Of a stretch of DNA of 64,000 bases, positions 37,057 to 46,934 are shown piece by piece (position 1 is the first letter of the stretch; every line of letters starts with the position of its first letter). This DNA is from Candidatus Pacearchaeota archaeon. Its GTDB lineage: Archaea > Nanobdellota > Nanobdellia > Pacearchaeales > JAPDKA01. The stretch is from positions 2,542 through 66,541 of the forward strand of contig JAWAZI010000004.1 of NCBI GenBank assembly GCA_038817835.1, read 5' to 3'. Made by a program: the position numbers and the translations under genes. A model generated the notes under the pieces. The model did no database searches. It saw only the letters and a list, made by a program, of their open reading frames with translations, and was not told the DNA's origin.

Positions 37057-37926
37057 TTAAGGATAAATTGTCAATTGCTTTACTATAGAATCAAAGTATT
37101 TATATTCTGTTGTTATTCTTATTAGAGATGGGAAATTCTCATCAGTAATTTGTTTTTCACATCTTATTTTTCCTAAATTTGCATATCCATCTAGTCCTTG
37201 CTTAGTTGTAAAATCTTTATCTAATAGCATACATTTAAAGCCCAAACCATTATCATTTATATTTATTTTCACATAATTTTCTTTTATTAATGCTTGTGAT
37301 AGTTTATTTTCTATATCATCACATGTAATATCTGGAGAATAAGTTTTCCCTTTTCCTAAATTTGATATAACAAATTCAATTATTAAATTATTTCCAACAA
37401 CTTGTTGAGTTAAGCTTGTAATTTGAATTGGACCATTAGTATTACTTTTACTATCTATTTTATTTCCTTCAATTTTACATATATTACTAGTTTGCTTTGC
37501 TACACAAATAGTTACATCTGTTATTGTAGTATAATCATAGCAATAATCTAAAACCAAATTAAATTTGAAAGGATTTTGAATAGATAAATCACTATAAGCA
37601 GAATTTGCAAAAACTACTCTATGCTTTGCTGTTATATTATCTTTTCTCTCTTGAATTTCTATATTATTTGTTACTCTATTAGAATAATCTTTCAGATTTT
37701 TTCCAACACCACTCAAATAAAATACTGCTTTATTTGAAGGTATTTTCCACTCTCCAAAATTTTCAACATCAACAATTATTGGAAATCTTTGACCTATAGA
37801 TATATTTGAAGGTGGAGCATTATCAACAAAATTAACTCTTAATCCATAAAAAGTTTCTTTTTTTTCTTGTTTACATCCAAAAAATAAAATTGCTATAAAA
37901 AATAATATTAATATTTTTTTTATCAT
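37057..37926 (-). CDS. Predicted envelope (lipobox-like) protein, function unknown
   Basis: MIKKILILFFIAILFFG|CKQEKK is followed by a beta-rich body with several Cys pairs (YCYDYTTITDVTICVAKQTSNIC). Confidence 0.45.
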   Translation of the reverse strand: MIKKILILFFIAILFFGCKQEKKETFYGLRVNFVDNAPPSNISIGQRFPIIVDVENFGEWKIPSNKAVFYLSGVGKNLKDYSNRVTNNIEIQERKDNITAKHRVVFANSAYSDLSIQNPFKFNLVLDYCYDYTTITDVTICVAKQTSNICKIEGNKIDSKSNTNGPIQITSLTQQVVGNNLIIEFVISNLGKGKTYSPDITCDDIENKLSQALIKENYVKININDNGLGFKCMLLDKDFTTKQGLDGYANLGKIRCEKQITDENFPSLIRITTEYKYFDSIVKQLTIYP

Positions 37927-37929
37927 TCT

Positions 37930-38757
37930 TTACATTTTTTCTACATTTATTTTTATTTTTTTGATTTCATTTATTTTATAGTTTAGCTGTATTATCAAAG
38001 GGATTGATTCCTGATTCATTGAATTTGTTAATATTTCACACCTTATAAAATTTTCTTTTTCTAAATTAATTATCTCAGCTTGTGAAATTTTTCTATTTTT
38101 AGCATTACATGAAATTACTAATGGTTTTGCTTCTATAGAGAAAAATAAAGAATTATTTTTTCCGTCAGAGTTTATATTTACATCTTTTTTCTTATCAATT
38201 TTTATATCAAGTAAAATTTTATAATTTGATGGTAGCTGATGAATGCTTTTCCCTATTTGTAATGATATTATACCGTCAGAAAAACTAAGAGATTCTGTTT
38301 CTGGAGATGGATAATTTAAAGTTCCTAAAAATTGAGTTTGCTGAATATATTGTATCTCTATATATATTTCTGGTTGAATACTAATATTAATTTGTGGTAA
38401 ATTTTTATATGAATAATACCCTTCTTTTGGAAAATATAATTTTGAAATTCCTGGCTTTTTTTCATTATTATAAACTTGAGCAGCTGAAACATAAAAATTA
38501 GAGCAGTCTCTTTCTATTCCACCATAATAAATATTTTGATTATCATAAACACAAACTGTACCAATTTTCTCATTATTATAATAATTAATAAGCTCTAAAC
38601 CTATCCTAAAATTTTCTCCTTCTAAAATTTTTTTTCCTTCATAAATAAATCCAGCACCTTTAATTAAATTTATCTCAAATTTTTCTTCTTGAGTAGATTT
38701 AGGTTGGCAACCAAAAATAAAAATTAATAAAATTAATGACAATATTATTTTTTTCAT
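37930..38757 (-). CDS. Predicted envelope (lipobox-like) protein, function unknown
   Basis: MKKIILSLILLIFIFG|CQPKSTQ is followed by a beta-rich body. Its start overlaps the upstream gene by 4 nt. Confidence 0.45.
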   Translation of the reverse strand: MKKIILSLILLIFIFGCQPKSTQEEKFEINLIKGAGFIYEGKKILEGENFRIGLELINYYNNEKIGTVCVYDNQNIYYGGIERDCSNFYVSAAQVYNNEKKPGISKLYFPKEGYYSYKNLPQINISIQPEIYIEIQYIQQTQFLGTLNYPSPETESLSFSDGIISLQIGKSIHQLPSNYKILLDIKIDKKKDVNINSDGKNNSLFFSIEAKPLVISCNAKNRKISQAEIINLEKENFIRCEILTNSMNQESIPLIIQLNYKINEIKKIKINVEKM

Positions 38758-39890
38758 ATTTTTCTTAAGGTTTTCTTTAATTCTTTATATATAATATAAT
38801 TTGCTTTTATATTTATAATTCTTTGCTCAACTACATCTTTTGGGGCATTTGAAATAAAAAGTTCACAATTAAAAACATACTCTTTTTTATTTTTATTATA
38901 ATATTCTTTCAATTTTTCTTCATCATAATTCTCAAATCTATTTCCAAAGTTTTCGCAACTTATTTGGGTATCTGGAGTAGATGATATCTCAAAAAAGTTT
39001 ATTCTTTTTAAATAAAAATTATAATTTGGATTTTGTCTCAATTTTATGAAAAATTCATATTTTTTGTTTTGTAGTGGCATATCTGAATAAAAATCTATTA
39101 TAATTTCGAAAGGCATTTCAGAAGTTATAATTTTTCCTTTTTTTTCTTCAATTTGTTGAAATGAGGAACTTGTATATATTATCCAAGTTAGATCTGATGT
39201 ATATGGAATATTAAATCCTATAATCAAATCCTCTTTTTGGTATCTTGCTTTTCCATTACATCTAAAACTTGTTGATAGTTTATCTTTAGATTTAGGGAAA
39301 ATAAAGTAATCTTCTTTAGCATATTGTTGCAAATCATAAACTTTTAAAGATATTCTTTGTTTTGTATCTTCAATATCACAATATGGATAAACAATAAGAT
39401 TATCAATTTTTTTATTTATTAATTCAATTATAACAAGTAAATCTATTATATCATCCTTTATATAATCATTCTCATATGAAATACTTAAAGAAAAATCTGG
39501 TGATGTTATATTTTTTTCTTCGAATCCAGCAAAAGCAGGACATTTCTCAGAGCCACTCAAACAATAAAACCAAGACAATAGATTTCCAAAATTTAAAGAA
39601 AATGATGGAAACGAAAAAATATTAAATTTAGAAAAAAATAAAAATACTAAAACAATAAAGATTAAAAATAAAATTAAATATGCAATATTTCTTTGTTCTT
39701 TTGGAAGAAGGGAAATACCATAAAGTATAATACCAAATATTAATCCTATAAAAAATCCTAAAATAAAATAACTAAAACTATTTTTTATTATATAACCCAA
39801 AATACCACAAAGTATTGATGCTATAATCGCATAAAAAAATATTATAAGAAAATTTGTTTTTTCTTCTTTTTTTTCTTGATCTTCATCCAT
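38754..39890 (-). CDS. Membrane-anchored protein with extracytoplasmic domain, function unknown
   Basis: It has an acidic N-terminus, about three TM helices (aa ~13-95), then a ~280-aa soluble domain. Confidence 0.45.
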   Translation of the reverse strand: MDEDQEKKEEKTNFLIIFFYAIIASILCGILGYIIKNSFSYFILGFFIGLIFGIILYGISLLPKEQRNIAYLILFLIFIVLVFLFFSKFNIFSFPSFSLNFGNLLSWFYCLSGSEKCPAFAGFEEKNITSPDFSLSISYENDYIKDDIIDLLVIIELINKKIDNLIVYPYCDIEDTKQRISLKVYDLQQYAKEDYFIFPKSKDKLSTSFRCNGKARYQKEDLIIGFNIPYTSDLTWIIYTSSSFQQIEEKKGKIITSEMPFEIIIDFYSDMPLQNKKYEFFIKLRQNPNYNFYLKRINFFEISSTPDTQISCENFGNRFENYDEEKLKEYYNKNKKEYVFNCELFISNAPKDVVEQRIINIKANYIIYKELKKTLRKI

Positions 39891-40016
39891 AAGAGAATTA
39901 AGATTTTAAATATAAAAAATTTACTAAATTATGGAATATGAAATACCAAGTTATAGAAAAACAAGAAAAGAAAAAAAATTGAAAAGAAAAGTTAGAGTCT
40001 ATAAAAAAGGAGGAAA

Positions 40017-40832
40017 ATGGAGGTCGAAGTAGATTGTGTTGTTTTTTTCATTTTTTTTATATATTTATTGATAGCAACTATATGGGATATAAAAAAAAGG
40101 GAAATTCCAGATTGGATTAGTTATAGTTTACTTTTTTTTGGTATTTCTTATAGAATTTTTCAATCATTTTTTTATTCATCTATAATATTCAATCTAGCTA
40201 TTGTTTATTTTTTATTTTTTATTTTAGCAAATATTTTTTATTACTCAAAATTTTTTGCAGGAGGAGATTATAAACTTTTAATTTCTCTTTCACCAGTATT
40301 TTGTTATCCACCATTAATTTTAAAAAAGGATTTTTTCTTTGTTAAATTTTTAATTTATGTTTTAATAGTTTCTTCTATATATGGATTAATTTGGAGCTTT
40401 TATATTTTAATAAAAAATTATAAAAAATTTAAATTTAAAGAAGAAATAAAAGAATCAAAATTTTTAACAATTGTTTTATTCTCACTTATTTTCTTAATTT
40501 TATCTTTAATATTTTATTTTATATATGACCATATATTTTTTATTTTTTCATTTTTAATTTTCTTAATTTTTCCTTTTTTATATATTATAATAAATTTTGC
40601 AGATAAAATGCTTATCATAGAAAAAAATTATAATGAAATAGTTGAGGGAGATATTTTATATAAAGATATAAAAATAGGAAATAAAATTATAAAAGCTAAG
40701 TGGGAAGGATTAAATAAAGAAGAAATAAAATTAATAAAAAAATTTAAGAAAAAAGTAAAAATAAAAGAAGGTATTCCATTTGTTCCAGTATTTTTTATAG
40801 CTTTTGTTCTTTTATGGTTTCCTTTCTTTTAA
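40017..40832 (+). CDS. Prepilin/preflagellin peptidase (A24 family, FlaK/PibD-like)
   Basis: It is polytopic. The first catalytic Asp context is WDIKKREIPDW. The second is FFAGGDYKLLISL (the GxGD-type motif). Confidence 0.7.
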   Translation: MEVEVDCVVFFIFFIYLLIATIWDIKKREIPDWISYSLLFFGISYRIFQSFFYSSIIFNLAIVYFLFFILANIFYYSKFFAGGDYKLLISLSPVFCYPPLILKKDFFFVKFLIYVLIVSSIYGLIWSFYILIKNYKKFKFKEEIKESKFLTIVLFSLIFLILSLIFYFIYDHIFFIFSFLIFLIFPFLYIIINFADKMLIIEKNYNEIVEGDILYKDIKIGNKIIKAKWEGLNKEEIKLIKKFKKKVKIKEGIPFVPVFFIAFVLLWFPFF

Positions 40833-41417
40833 AAATTTTATTATATCATCAATTTCCTTCTCGATTTTATTTTTATCTTCAATTTTTTTTATTTTATCAA
40901 TTTCATTTTTCATTAAAATAAAAATCTTCTCCAAATCTTCTTTCTTAGCTTCATTTCTTTTCCATTTAATCTCAAAATTATCATTCTCTCTACGAGGAAA
41001 TAAATAACAAGAGAAATGATCGAAATTTTGTCCTGCAACTTTTCCTTCATTTATTATTAAATTATATCCTCTAAAGCCAATTTTATAAAAACAATAAATC
41101 AAAATTTTAATTATATCATAAAAATCTTCAATTTCTTCTTTACTAAAATTAGATAATTGCTTATGATTTCTAGTTATTATTAAAATTTGTCCTAAAACTG
41201 CAGGATATGCATCAAGAAAAGCTAAAAAATTATTATTTTCATAAACTATAAAAGTTTCTATTCTTTTATTAGCAACTTCACAAAAAAAGCAACTTTTTTC
41301 TTGTAAAATATTTGCAAGCTCTTCTTCACTCATAGATTCAATTTTTTCTTTTATTTTCATTCTTTCACTTTCAGGCAATAGCTCTATATGCTTCAAAATT
41401 TCTTCCTTTATACTCAT
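40812..41417 (-). CDS. HIT-domain-like protein with degenerate histidine triad
   Basis: CFFCEV...NFLAFLDAYPAVLGQILIITRNH...GYNLIINEGKVAGQNFDHFSCYLFPRRE. The expected HxHxHxx reads H-F-S-C-Y-L-F. There are extra N- and C-terminal helical extensions. Confidence 0.55.
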   Translation of the reverse strand: MSIKEEILKHIELLPESERMKIKEKIESMSEEELANILQEKSCFFCEVANKRIETFIVYENNNFLAFLDAYPAVLGQILIITRNHKQLSNFSKEEIEDFYDIIKILIYCFYKIGFRGYNLIINEGKVAGQNFDHFSCYLFPRRENDNFEIKWKRNEAKKEDLEKIFILMKNEIDKIKKIEDKNKIEKEIDDIIKFLKERKP

Positions 41418-41418
41418 T

Positions 41419-43557
41419 TTATCCTAAACCTGCAATTGAAAATAATGCAAGTAAGCCTAAAGCAATTATACTTAATAAAGCTGAAACAAAATAAAATATT
41501 ATTGCTCTTCTTAAATTTAATGCAAGTTTATATTTTTCCATAAGTCTATCTTCTCCTCTATCAATAACTATTAATGCTTTAGTTAAAATAAAAACAACTT
41601 CTATAAGATATATGCCAATAATAATTTGTAAAATATATGGAGGGATCATAGATTCAACATTAAATAAATTTAATATTGTATCAGCAGTTAATCCAAATGC
41701 TACCTCTCCTGTTATTTCACCAGCTTTAATTAAAGTAATTAATTGATTTAATATTTGAGTTATCATTCCAGCCAATCCTACAATAATAGCAGAAAGTAAA
41801 GGGGCTAAGAATACCATATTACTCTGCATACCACTTGTAATTTCTGCAAGTAAATCCTTTAATCTTTCATCAATTTTATGAATATTTTTTATATATTGAC
41901 TTATACTTGTCATAGCTTTTGATGCAATTTTTAATCCCTTTTTTGCACTTTCTATTAATATTTCCATACTACTTCTTATTAAATCAGAAGGAAAATATTT
42001 TATTGCTCCTCTTTCTCTACTAAAAATTGCTTCCTCAACACTCATACCAAATTGTTGGATATTATAATTTACATAACTAAAAAATTCTCCAGCAGAAGTT
42101 CCATGTAATGTTGTTGCAACCCTACCAAAAGCTATTTCTGGTGGAATACCATCTGCCAATCTATTACCAAATTGAAAAAGAGCTGATGAAAATTCTTTTT
42201 CTAATTCTTTTGTTTTTTCTCTTGTTTCAATTAATTCTTTTGTTTTTTCTCTATAAGCTATAGAAAAAAATAATGCAATAGATAAAGGAATAAATAAACT
42301 TAAAATTAGAGAAAAAATACTAAATGGTCCATTATAAGTTTTACCAACTTTTTTAAAATCAAATAAATATAATTGAACACTACCGATAGTTATATTATAA
42401 TCTTTCTCTAAACCTAAAGTTTCAGGAAGAGGAGTAAATTGAAACAACAAAGGGATTATACCAATCAAAAAGAAAGGAAAAGAAATTATAAATGCTTTAA
42501 CCCAAACTCCTTTATTTTTATATTTATAATATTTTGGATTTCTTTCTAGTAATTCAGTTTCTCCATAACCTCCTGGTCTCTTAATAAAAACACTAACAAT
42601 CATATAATAAATTAAAAATGGAAGTATTAGATTAAAGATTATTGCTACATGATACCATTTTAAGCTTCCTTGTAATAATGTTGAACCTAAAGGTAATAAA
42701 GCAATACCTAATGTAGGTAAAACAATACCAAGCATGTATATATTTGTTAAAGGACTCTTTATTTCATGAGTATAATGAAGCATTTTTTCAAAAACTCCAT
42801 CTAAAATAACTTGTAATGATCTTTCTAATATAGCAATCCTTCTCTCCTCATTAGGCTCGTAAAGAGAACTCTCAATTAAATGAAATGATTCTATAAATTC
42901 TAAACTAAAATCTCTCCAAGTTTCTAAATATGCTGCTAAACTTTGTTTTATATTACTATATTTTCCAATTTCAACATCATAGAATACTTTTTTTAATTCA
43001 TAACTTAACGGAGGTTGTAAATGATCAGAAGCAAACTTTATTGCTCTTTCTAAATTACTTGTATGCCTCATATAAACAACTATATATAAAATACAAGAAA
43101 CCATTTGGCTAGATGCCTTTAATCTTCTCTCAAAAGCTATATTCTTTGGTTTATAATTGAAATAATAATAAACAAAGAAAGAAAATCCTAACATCAAAAA
43201 TGTTACTAATATAGCATTATTTATATCAAAATTTAAAAAAAATAAAAGAAATGAAAAAATAAAAAAACTAAAAAGAATCAGCAAAATAAATATTGATATA
43301 GCAAATCCATTTGCTTCTTCAGGAGTAATATTAAGATGGGCAATATTGATATATTTTTCTAATTCTTTCCTTGTTTTTTCACTTAATTTAGGTTTAATAA
43401 AAGAAAATTTTTTAGCAGCTTTTTCATAACTACTTAATTCTGGAATTGCTTCTTCCTTAAATTTTATATATTCCTTGCTTTCAAATATATCTGATTTTAT
43501 TTCTTTTTCAAGTAATTTACTATATTTTTCTATTATTTCTTTTTCTCTTTTACCCAT
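41419..43557 (-). CDS. Fused FlaJ/TadBC-like (two T2SS-F-type domains) polytopic membrane protein, 712 aa
   Basis: There are two cytoplasmic helical domains (ERAIKFASDHLQPPLSYELKKVFYDVEIGKYSNIKQSL and LADGIPPEIAFGRVATTLHGTSAGEFFSYVNYNIQQFGMSVEEAIF) separated and flanked by TM helices. It shares nt 43557 with the ATPase gene. Confidence 0.65.
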   Translation of the reverse strand: MGKREKEIIEKYSKLLEKEIKSDIFESKEYIKFKEEAIPELSSYEKAAKKFSFIKPKLSEKTRKELEKYINIAHLNITPEEANGFAISIFILLILFSFFIFSFLLFFLNFDINNAILVTFLMLGFSFFVYYYFNYKPKNIAFERRLKASSQMVSCILYIVVYMRHTSNLERAIKFASDHLQPPLSYELKKVFYDVEIGKYSNIKQSLAAYLETWRDFSLEFIESFHLIESSLYEPNEERRIAILERSLQVILDGVFEKMLHYTHEIKSPLTNIYMLGIVLPTLGIALLPLGSTLLQGSLKWYHVAIIFNLILPFLIYYMIVSVFIKRPGGYGETELLERNPKYYKYKNKGVWVKAFIISFPFFLIGIIPLLFQFTPLPETLGLEKDYNITIGSVQLYLFDFKKVGKTYNGPFSIFSLILSLFIPLSIALFFSIAYREKTKELIETREKTKELEKEFSSALFQFGNRLADGIPPEIAFGRVATTLHGTSAGEFFSYVNYNIQQFGMSVEEAIFSRERGAIKYFPSDLIRSSMEILIESAKKGLKIASKAMTSISQYIKNIHKIDERLKDLLAEITSGMQSNMVFLAPLLSAIIVGLAGMITQILNQLITLIKAGEITGEVAFGLTADTILNLFNVESMIPPYILQIIIGIYLIEVVFILTKALIVIDRGEDRLMEKYKLALNLRRAIIFYFVSALLSIIALGLLALFSIAGLG

Positions 43558-45836
43558 TATATTTTTTTAACCTCTTTTTTTAACCATTCTCTAAATTTTG
43601 GAAAAACATATTTACTTAATGGCAATCCAACCTCTCTTTTAACTTCATCTGAAATATTGTGAAAAGCGTTGTTAGCTTTAACAACAAATTCAGCTTCCAT
43701 AAGTTGTGGATTTTTAATTTTATTAGCAACTTTAACAATTTCCTCTTTTATTTTTGCTCTTAATAAAATATTATCCAAAACAGCGTCCCAATTCCCCGCC
43801 CAACCTTTCACACTTGCTGCAATAGCTTTAATAACTTCGCTTTCTCCATTAATTAATTCTTGTGTAGCTATTAATTCATCTTTATAAACATCATACTTAA
43901 GTAAATCTAAAAATCCTGCTTCACTCAAAGGATCTTCCTTCCAATGCTTTCTAACTTCTGTAAGTTGTAAAACTCTTCTCCATCTATGTAAACCATCAGG
44001 ACTTTTTATAGGATTTGCAATTAATATTAAATCTGTTGCTTTAAAACTTGTTATAGGAACTTTTAAATCATTAACTACTCTATCAAAAACTCCATAAGGT
44101 GAAGCTCCATGAATTGTTCCAGCAACAACATTAGCTAATGCTCCTACTCTCATTGCTTCATATAAAGCTAAAGCTTCTTCGCTTCTTACTTCTCCAACTA
44201 TTAAACAAGAATCTCCTAATCTTAAACTTGTTCTTATTCCATCTGATGCACTTAGCTCTGTTGTTTCTCCAACTAATGCACTTCTTACTTTCATTCTCAA
44301 TATATCATATCCAAGAGCTCTTAAACTATCAACAGGTAATTCAAGAGTATCTTCAATAACTATAATTCTATATTTTGGCATTATTTCCAACATTAAAGAA
44401 GATAATAAACTTGTCTTTCCACTACTTCTTGTTCCAGCTATTAATATCGTTCTTGCTCCATCAATCAAAAAACTTAAAAGACCTGCAGCAAATGAATTAA
44501 GCATTCTATTATTTATAAATAGAGGTAATGTCCAAGGTTTTTCTCTATGTTTTCTAAAAGCAAAAGCTAAACCATAAGGACTTAATGGTTGTTGAATTAT
44601 AGCAACTCTAGCTCTAGCATTCTGAATAAAAAGTTCTGTATCAAGAATTGGATTTGCTTCATCGAGTGGCCTACCTGAAATCATTCTAAATTTTGCTGCC
44701 CAACTTTCTACATCAGAATTACTTAGGAATATATTAGTATCGCATTCGTCATAATCTTGATGTCTAACAAAAATAGGATTTTTAACTGTAGGGGCATTTA
44801 TAACTATGTCCTGAAGCTTATCATCTTGAAGTAAAACTTCTAAAATACCAAAGCCTATTGTATTTCTAACTAAAATATTTGATAATTTCATTAACTGTCT
44901 ATAACTTATTTTTATTCCTCTATCACTAGCCAATTCATTCAATAAATCTCTTGATATATTTGAAAAAATAAATCTTATTCTTTCAGGATCTGTAAATTCT
45001 TCTTTTTTTGGTTGATGCTCTATAAGTACATTTCTAGCTAAATTAAGTAAATTTGCATATGTTTCTTCAATTATATATTCTGAAGGAATTAGATGATATA
45101 AATATTTTGTAGAATATGGTAATTTCATTATAGTTACATGTGCTCTATCATATGAAGGACCAATATCATATTCTTCAATAATTTCGGCTTCTTTTGGATA
45201 AGAAGATATAAGTTTTGTAAATAAAAAATTAGGAACTATTATTGGTTTAAAAAATTCATCATAAAATTTTCTACTTCCAACATTATAACCTTCAACTTTA
45301 TCTTTTATTTTACTTATAATTGTAGTTTTTTCAAACATTTCCAAAATTTTATTAAGTAAAGAAAGATAGTAATTTTCACATATTTCTGTACACCCTGTTT
45401 TTCCTTTATTTATTTTTTCTTGTCTAATTATTCTTTTAAGCTCAACATAACATCCTATAGGATCTCTTTTTAATAATGTTAAAAATAAATATCTCATAGT
45501 ATCTTGTTTTTCTCCTATTCTTGCTTTACAACTAAAAGGAGCTAAAGTTTTTATAGAGAATATTTGCATTTGTCTAATCAAATAATTAAAAATATTAACA
45601 AATTCATTAATTAGAGATATTTGAGAAATATCATAAACATAATTTTTAAATTGAACAAAAACAATCTTTGTAATGTTTGGATTTTCTAGAAGTAAATCAA
45701 AAGTTTTTTCCATTGTTATAGCATCTTTTGCCAAATCAGGAATAGTTATAGAACCAAAATAATTCACATAAACTACATTTTCTGGTCCTTCTTTTACAAT
45801 TTCATAAGCATATGTTTTTTGATTTGGCATAAACAT
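43557..45836 (-). CDS. Secretion-superfamily ATPase (FlaI/VirB11-like) with ~330-aa N-terminal extension, 759 aa
   Basis: Walker A is IAGTRSSGKTSLLSSL, Asp box RIIVIEDTLEL, Walker B-like CLIVGEVRSEEA and His box GTIHG. The N-terminal half has no motif I recognise. Confidence 0.85.
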   Translation of the reverse strand: MFMPNQKTYAYEIVKEGPENVVYVNYFGSITIPDLAKDAITMEKTFDLLLENPNITKIVFVQFKNYVYDISQISLINEFVNIFNYLIRQMQIFSIKTLAPFSCKARIGEKQDTMRYLFLTLLKRDPIGCYVELKRIIRQEKINKGKTGCTEICENYYLSLLNKILEMFEKTTIISKIKDKVEGYNVGSRKFYDEFFKPIIVPNFLFTKLISSYPKEAEIIEEYDIGPSYDRAHVTIMKLPYSTKYLYHLIPSEYIIEETYANLLNLARNVLIEHQPKKEEFTDPERIRFIFSNISRDLLNELASDRGIKISYRQLMKLSNILVRNTIGFGILEVLLQDDKLQDIVINAPTVKNPIFVRHQDYDECDTNIFLSNSDVESWAAKFRMISGRPLDEANPILDTELFIQNARARVAIIQQPLSPYGLAFAFRKHREKPWTLPLFINNRMLNSFAAGLLSFLIDGARTILIAGTRSSGKTSLLSSLMLEIMPKYRIIVIEDTLELPVDSLRALGYDILRMKVRSALVGETTELSASDGIRTSLRLGDSCLIVGEVRSEEALALYEAMRVGALANVVAGTIHGASPYGVFDRVVNDLKVPITSFKATDLILIANPIKSPDGLHRWRRVLQLTEVRKHWKEDPLSEAGFLDLLKYDVYKDELIATQELINGESEVIKAIAASVKGWAGNWDAVLDNILLRAKIKEEIVKVANKIKNPQLMEAEFVVKANNAFHNISDEVKREVGLPLSKYVFPKFREWLKKEVKKI

Positions 45837-45911
45837 TTTAGCAAATTTTAAATATTATATATTCTTTAATTTTTTTATAAATTAAAAATTAAAAAATATA
45901 TAAAAATTTGT

Positions 45912-46271
45912 ATGCCAAAAGAAAAGATAGATTATGAAGCTTTTTTTACTCAGCTCTTACAAAGGATAAATGAAATTGAGGAAAAAAGTAATATAAACAA
46001 AAATAAAATTGATCTACTAAGTAATTCTTTAGCAAAAAAAACTAAAAAAATAAACGAGGAAATTGAATTAATAAGAAATGATTTAGATAATATAAAACAA
46101 GAAATTGAAAAATTAAAGCAAAGGGTAGAATATATAATTTCAGAATTTCCAAATTTAGCAAGAAAAGAGGACCTTATTTCAATTGAAAAATTTATAAATT
46201 TATGGCAACCTTTGAAATTTGCAACATTAGAAGATGTAGAAAAAATGATTGAAAAAAAAATGAAAAAATAA
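45912..46271 (+). CDS. Coiled-coil protein, function unknown
   Basis: Heptad-like K/E/I/L-rich sequence throughout. It is divergent from the 759-aa ATPase gene. Confidence 0.4.
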   Translation: MPKEKIDYEAFFTQLLQRINEIEEKSNINKNKIDLLSNSLAKKTKKINEEIELIRNDLDNIKQEIEKLKQRVEYIISEFPNLARKEDLISIEKFINLWQPLKFATLEDVEKMIEKKMKK

Positions 46272-46272
46272 A

Positions 46273-46926
46273 ATGCCAACACTATTAGATTTAATAAAAG
46301 AAATGAAAAAACTTGGTTATACTGAAGAACAAATAATAAATTACTTACAACAACAAGGTATAGAACCAAAACAAATTCTAGATGCTATAAAACAATCTCA
46401 GATGGGAGAAATGATACCTAGCATAATGGAAAGTGAAGAAATTCCTCCATCTCCAGAAAAAATAGAAATAACTAAACCTACTCCTAAAGTTAAAGTTGAA
46501 ACTGCTGAATCTATTCCTAAACCTCAAGCAGAAATAATTCCAACTGTTCCTTATACAAGAGAAATGCCTGAAGCAACTATAGAAAGAGAATATACTTATG
46601 ATATTGAAACTTTTGAAACTCTTGCCGAAGAAATAGTAAGAGAAAAATTTGAAATAATAAAAAGAAAAATTGAAGAGATGGAAGAATTAAGAAGAAATAT
46701 TAATTTAAAAATAAAAGATATTGAAGAAAGAATAAAAAGAGTTGAATTAAATCTTGATAAAATTTATTTATTAATTTTAAAAAGACAAGAAGAAGAGCAA
46801 AAAGAAATAAAAGCTATAGGAAAAGAAATAGATAGCTTAGAAAAAGCTTTTAGTAAAATTTTAGAGCCATTAAGTGAAAATATAAAAAAGCTTGAAGAAA
46901 TTAGTAAAGAATTAAAGAAAAAATAA
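46273..46926 (+). CDS. Protein with small N-terminal helical domain, Pro/Glu linker and C-terminal coiled coil, function unknown
   Basis: MPTLLDLIKEMKKLGYTEEQIINYLQQQGIEPKQILDAIKQSQ is followed by PSPEKIEITKPTPKVKVETAESIPKPQAE and then a coiled coil. Confidence 0.4.
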   Translation: MPTLLDLIKEMKKLGYTEEQIINYLQQQGIEPKQILDAIKQSQMGEMIPSIMESEEIPPSPEKIEITKPTPKVKVETAESIPKPQAEIIPTVPYTREMPEATIEREYTYDIETFETLAEEIVREKFEIIKRKIEEMEELRRNINLKIKDIEERIKRVELNLDKIYLLILKRQEEEQKEIKAIGKEIDSLEKAFSKILEPLSENIKKLEEISKELKKK

Positions 46927-46934
46927 TTTAATAT

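Noticed and set aside
39931-40032. 33-codon Lys/Arg-rich ORF (MEYEIPSYRKTRKEKKLKRKVRVYKKGGKWRSK) upstream of and overlapping the prepilin peptidase start
   Set aside because: It is very short, has basic low complexity, and I recognise no family. Its frame depends on A-homopolymer lengths that I cannot count reliably. It is worth a ribosome-profiling look but is not supportable as a feature.
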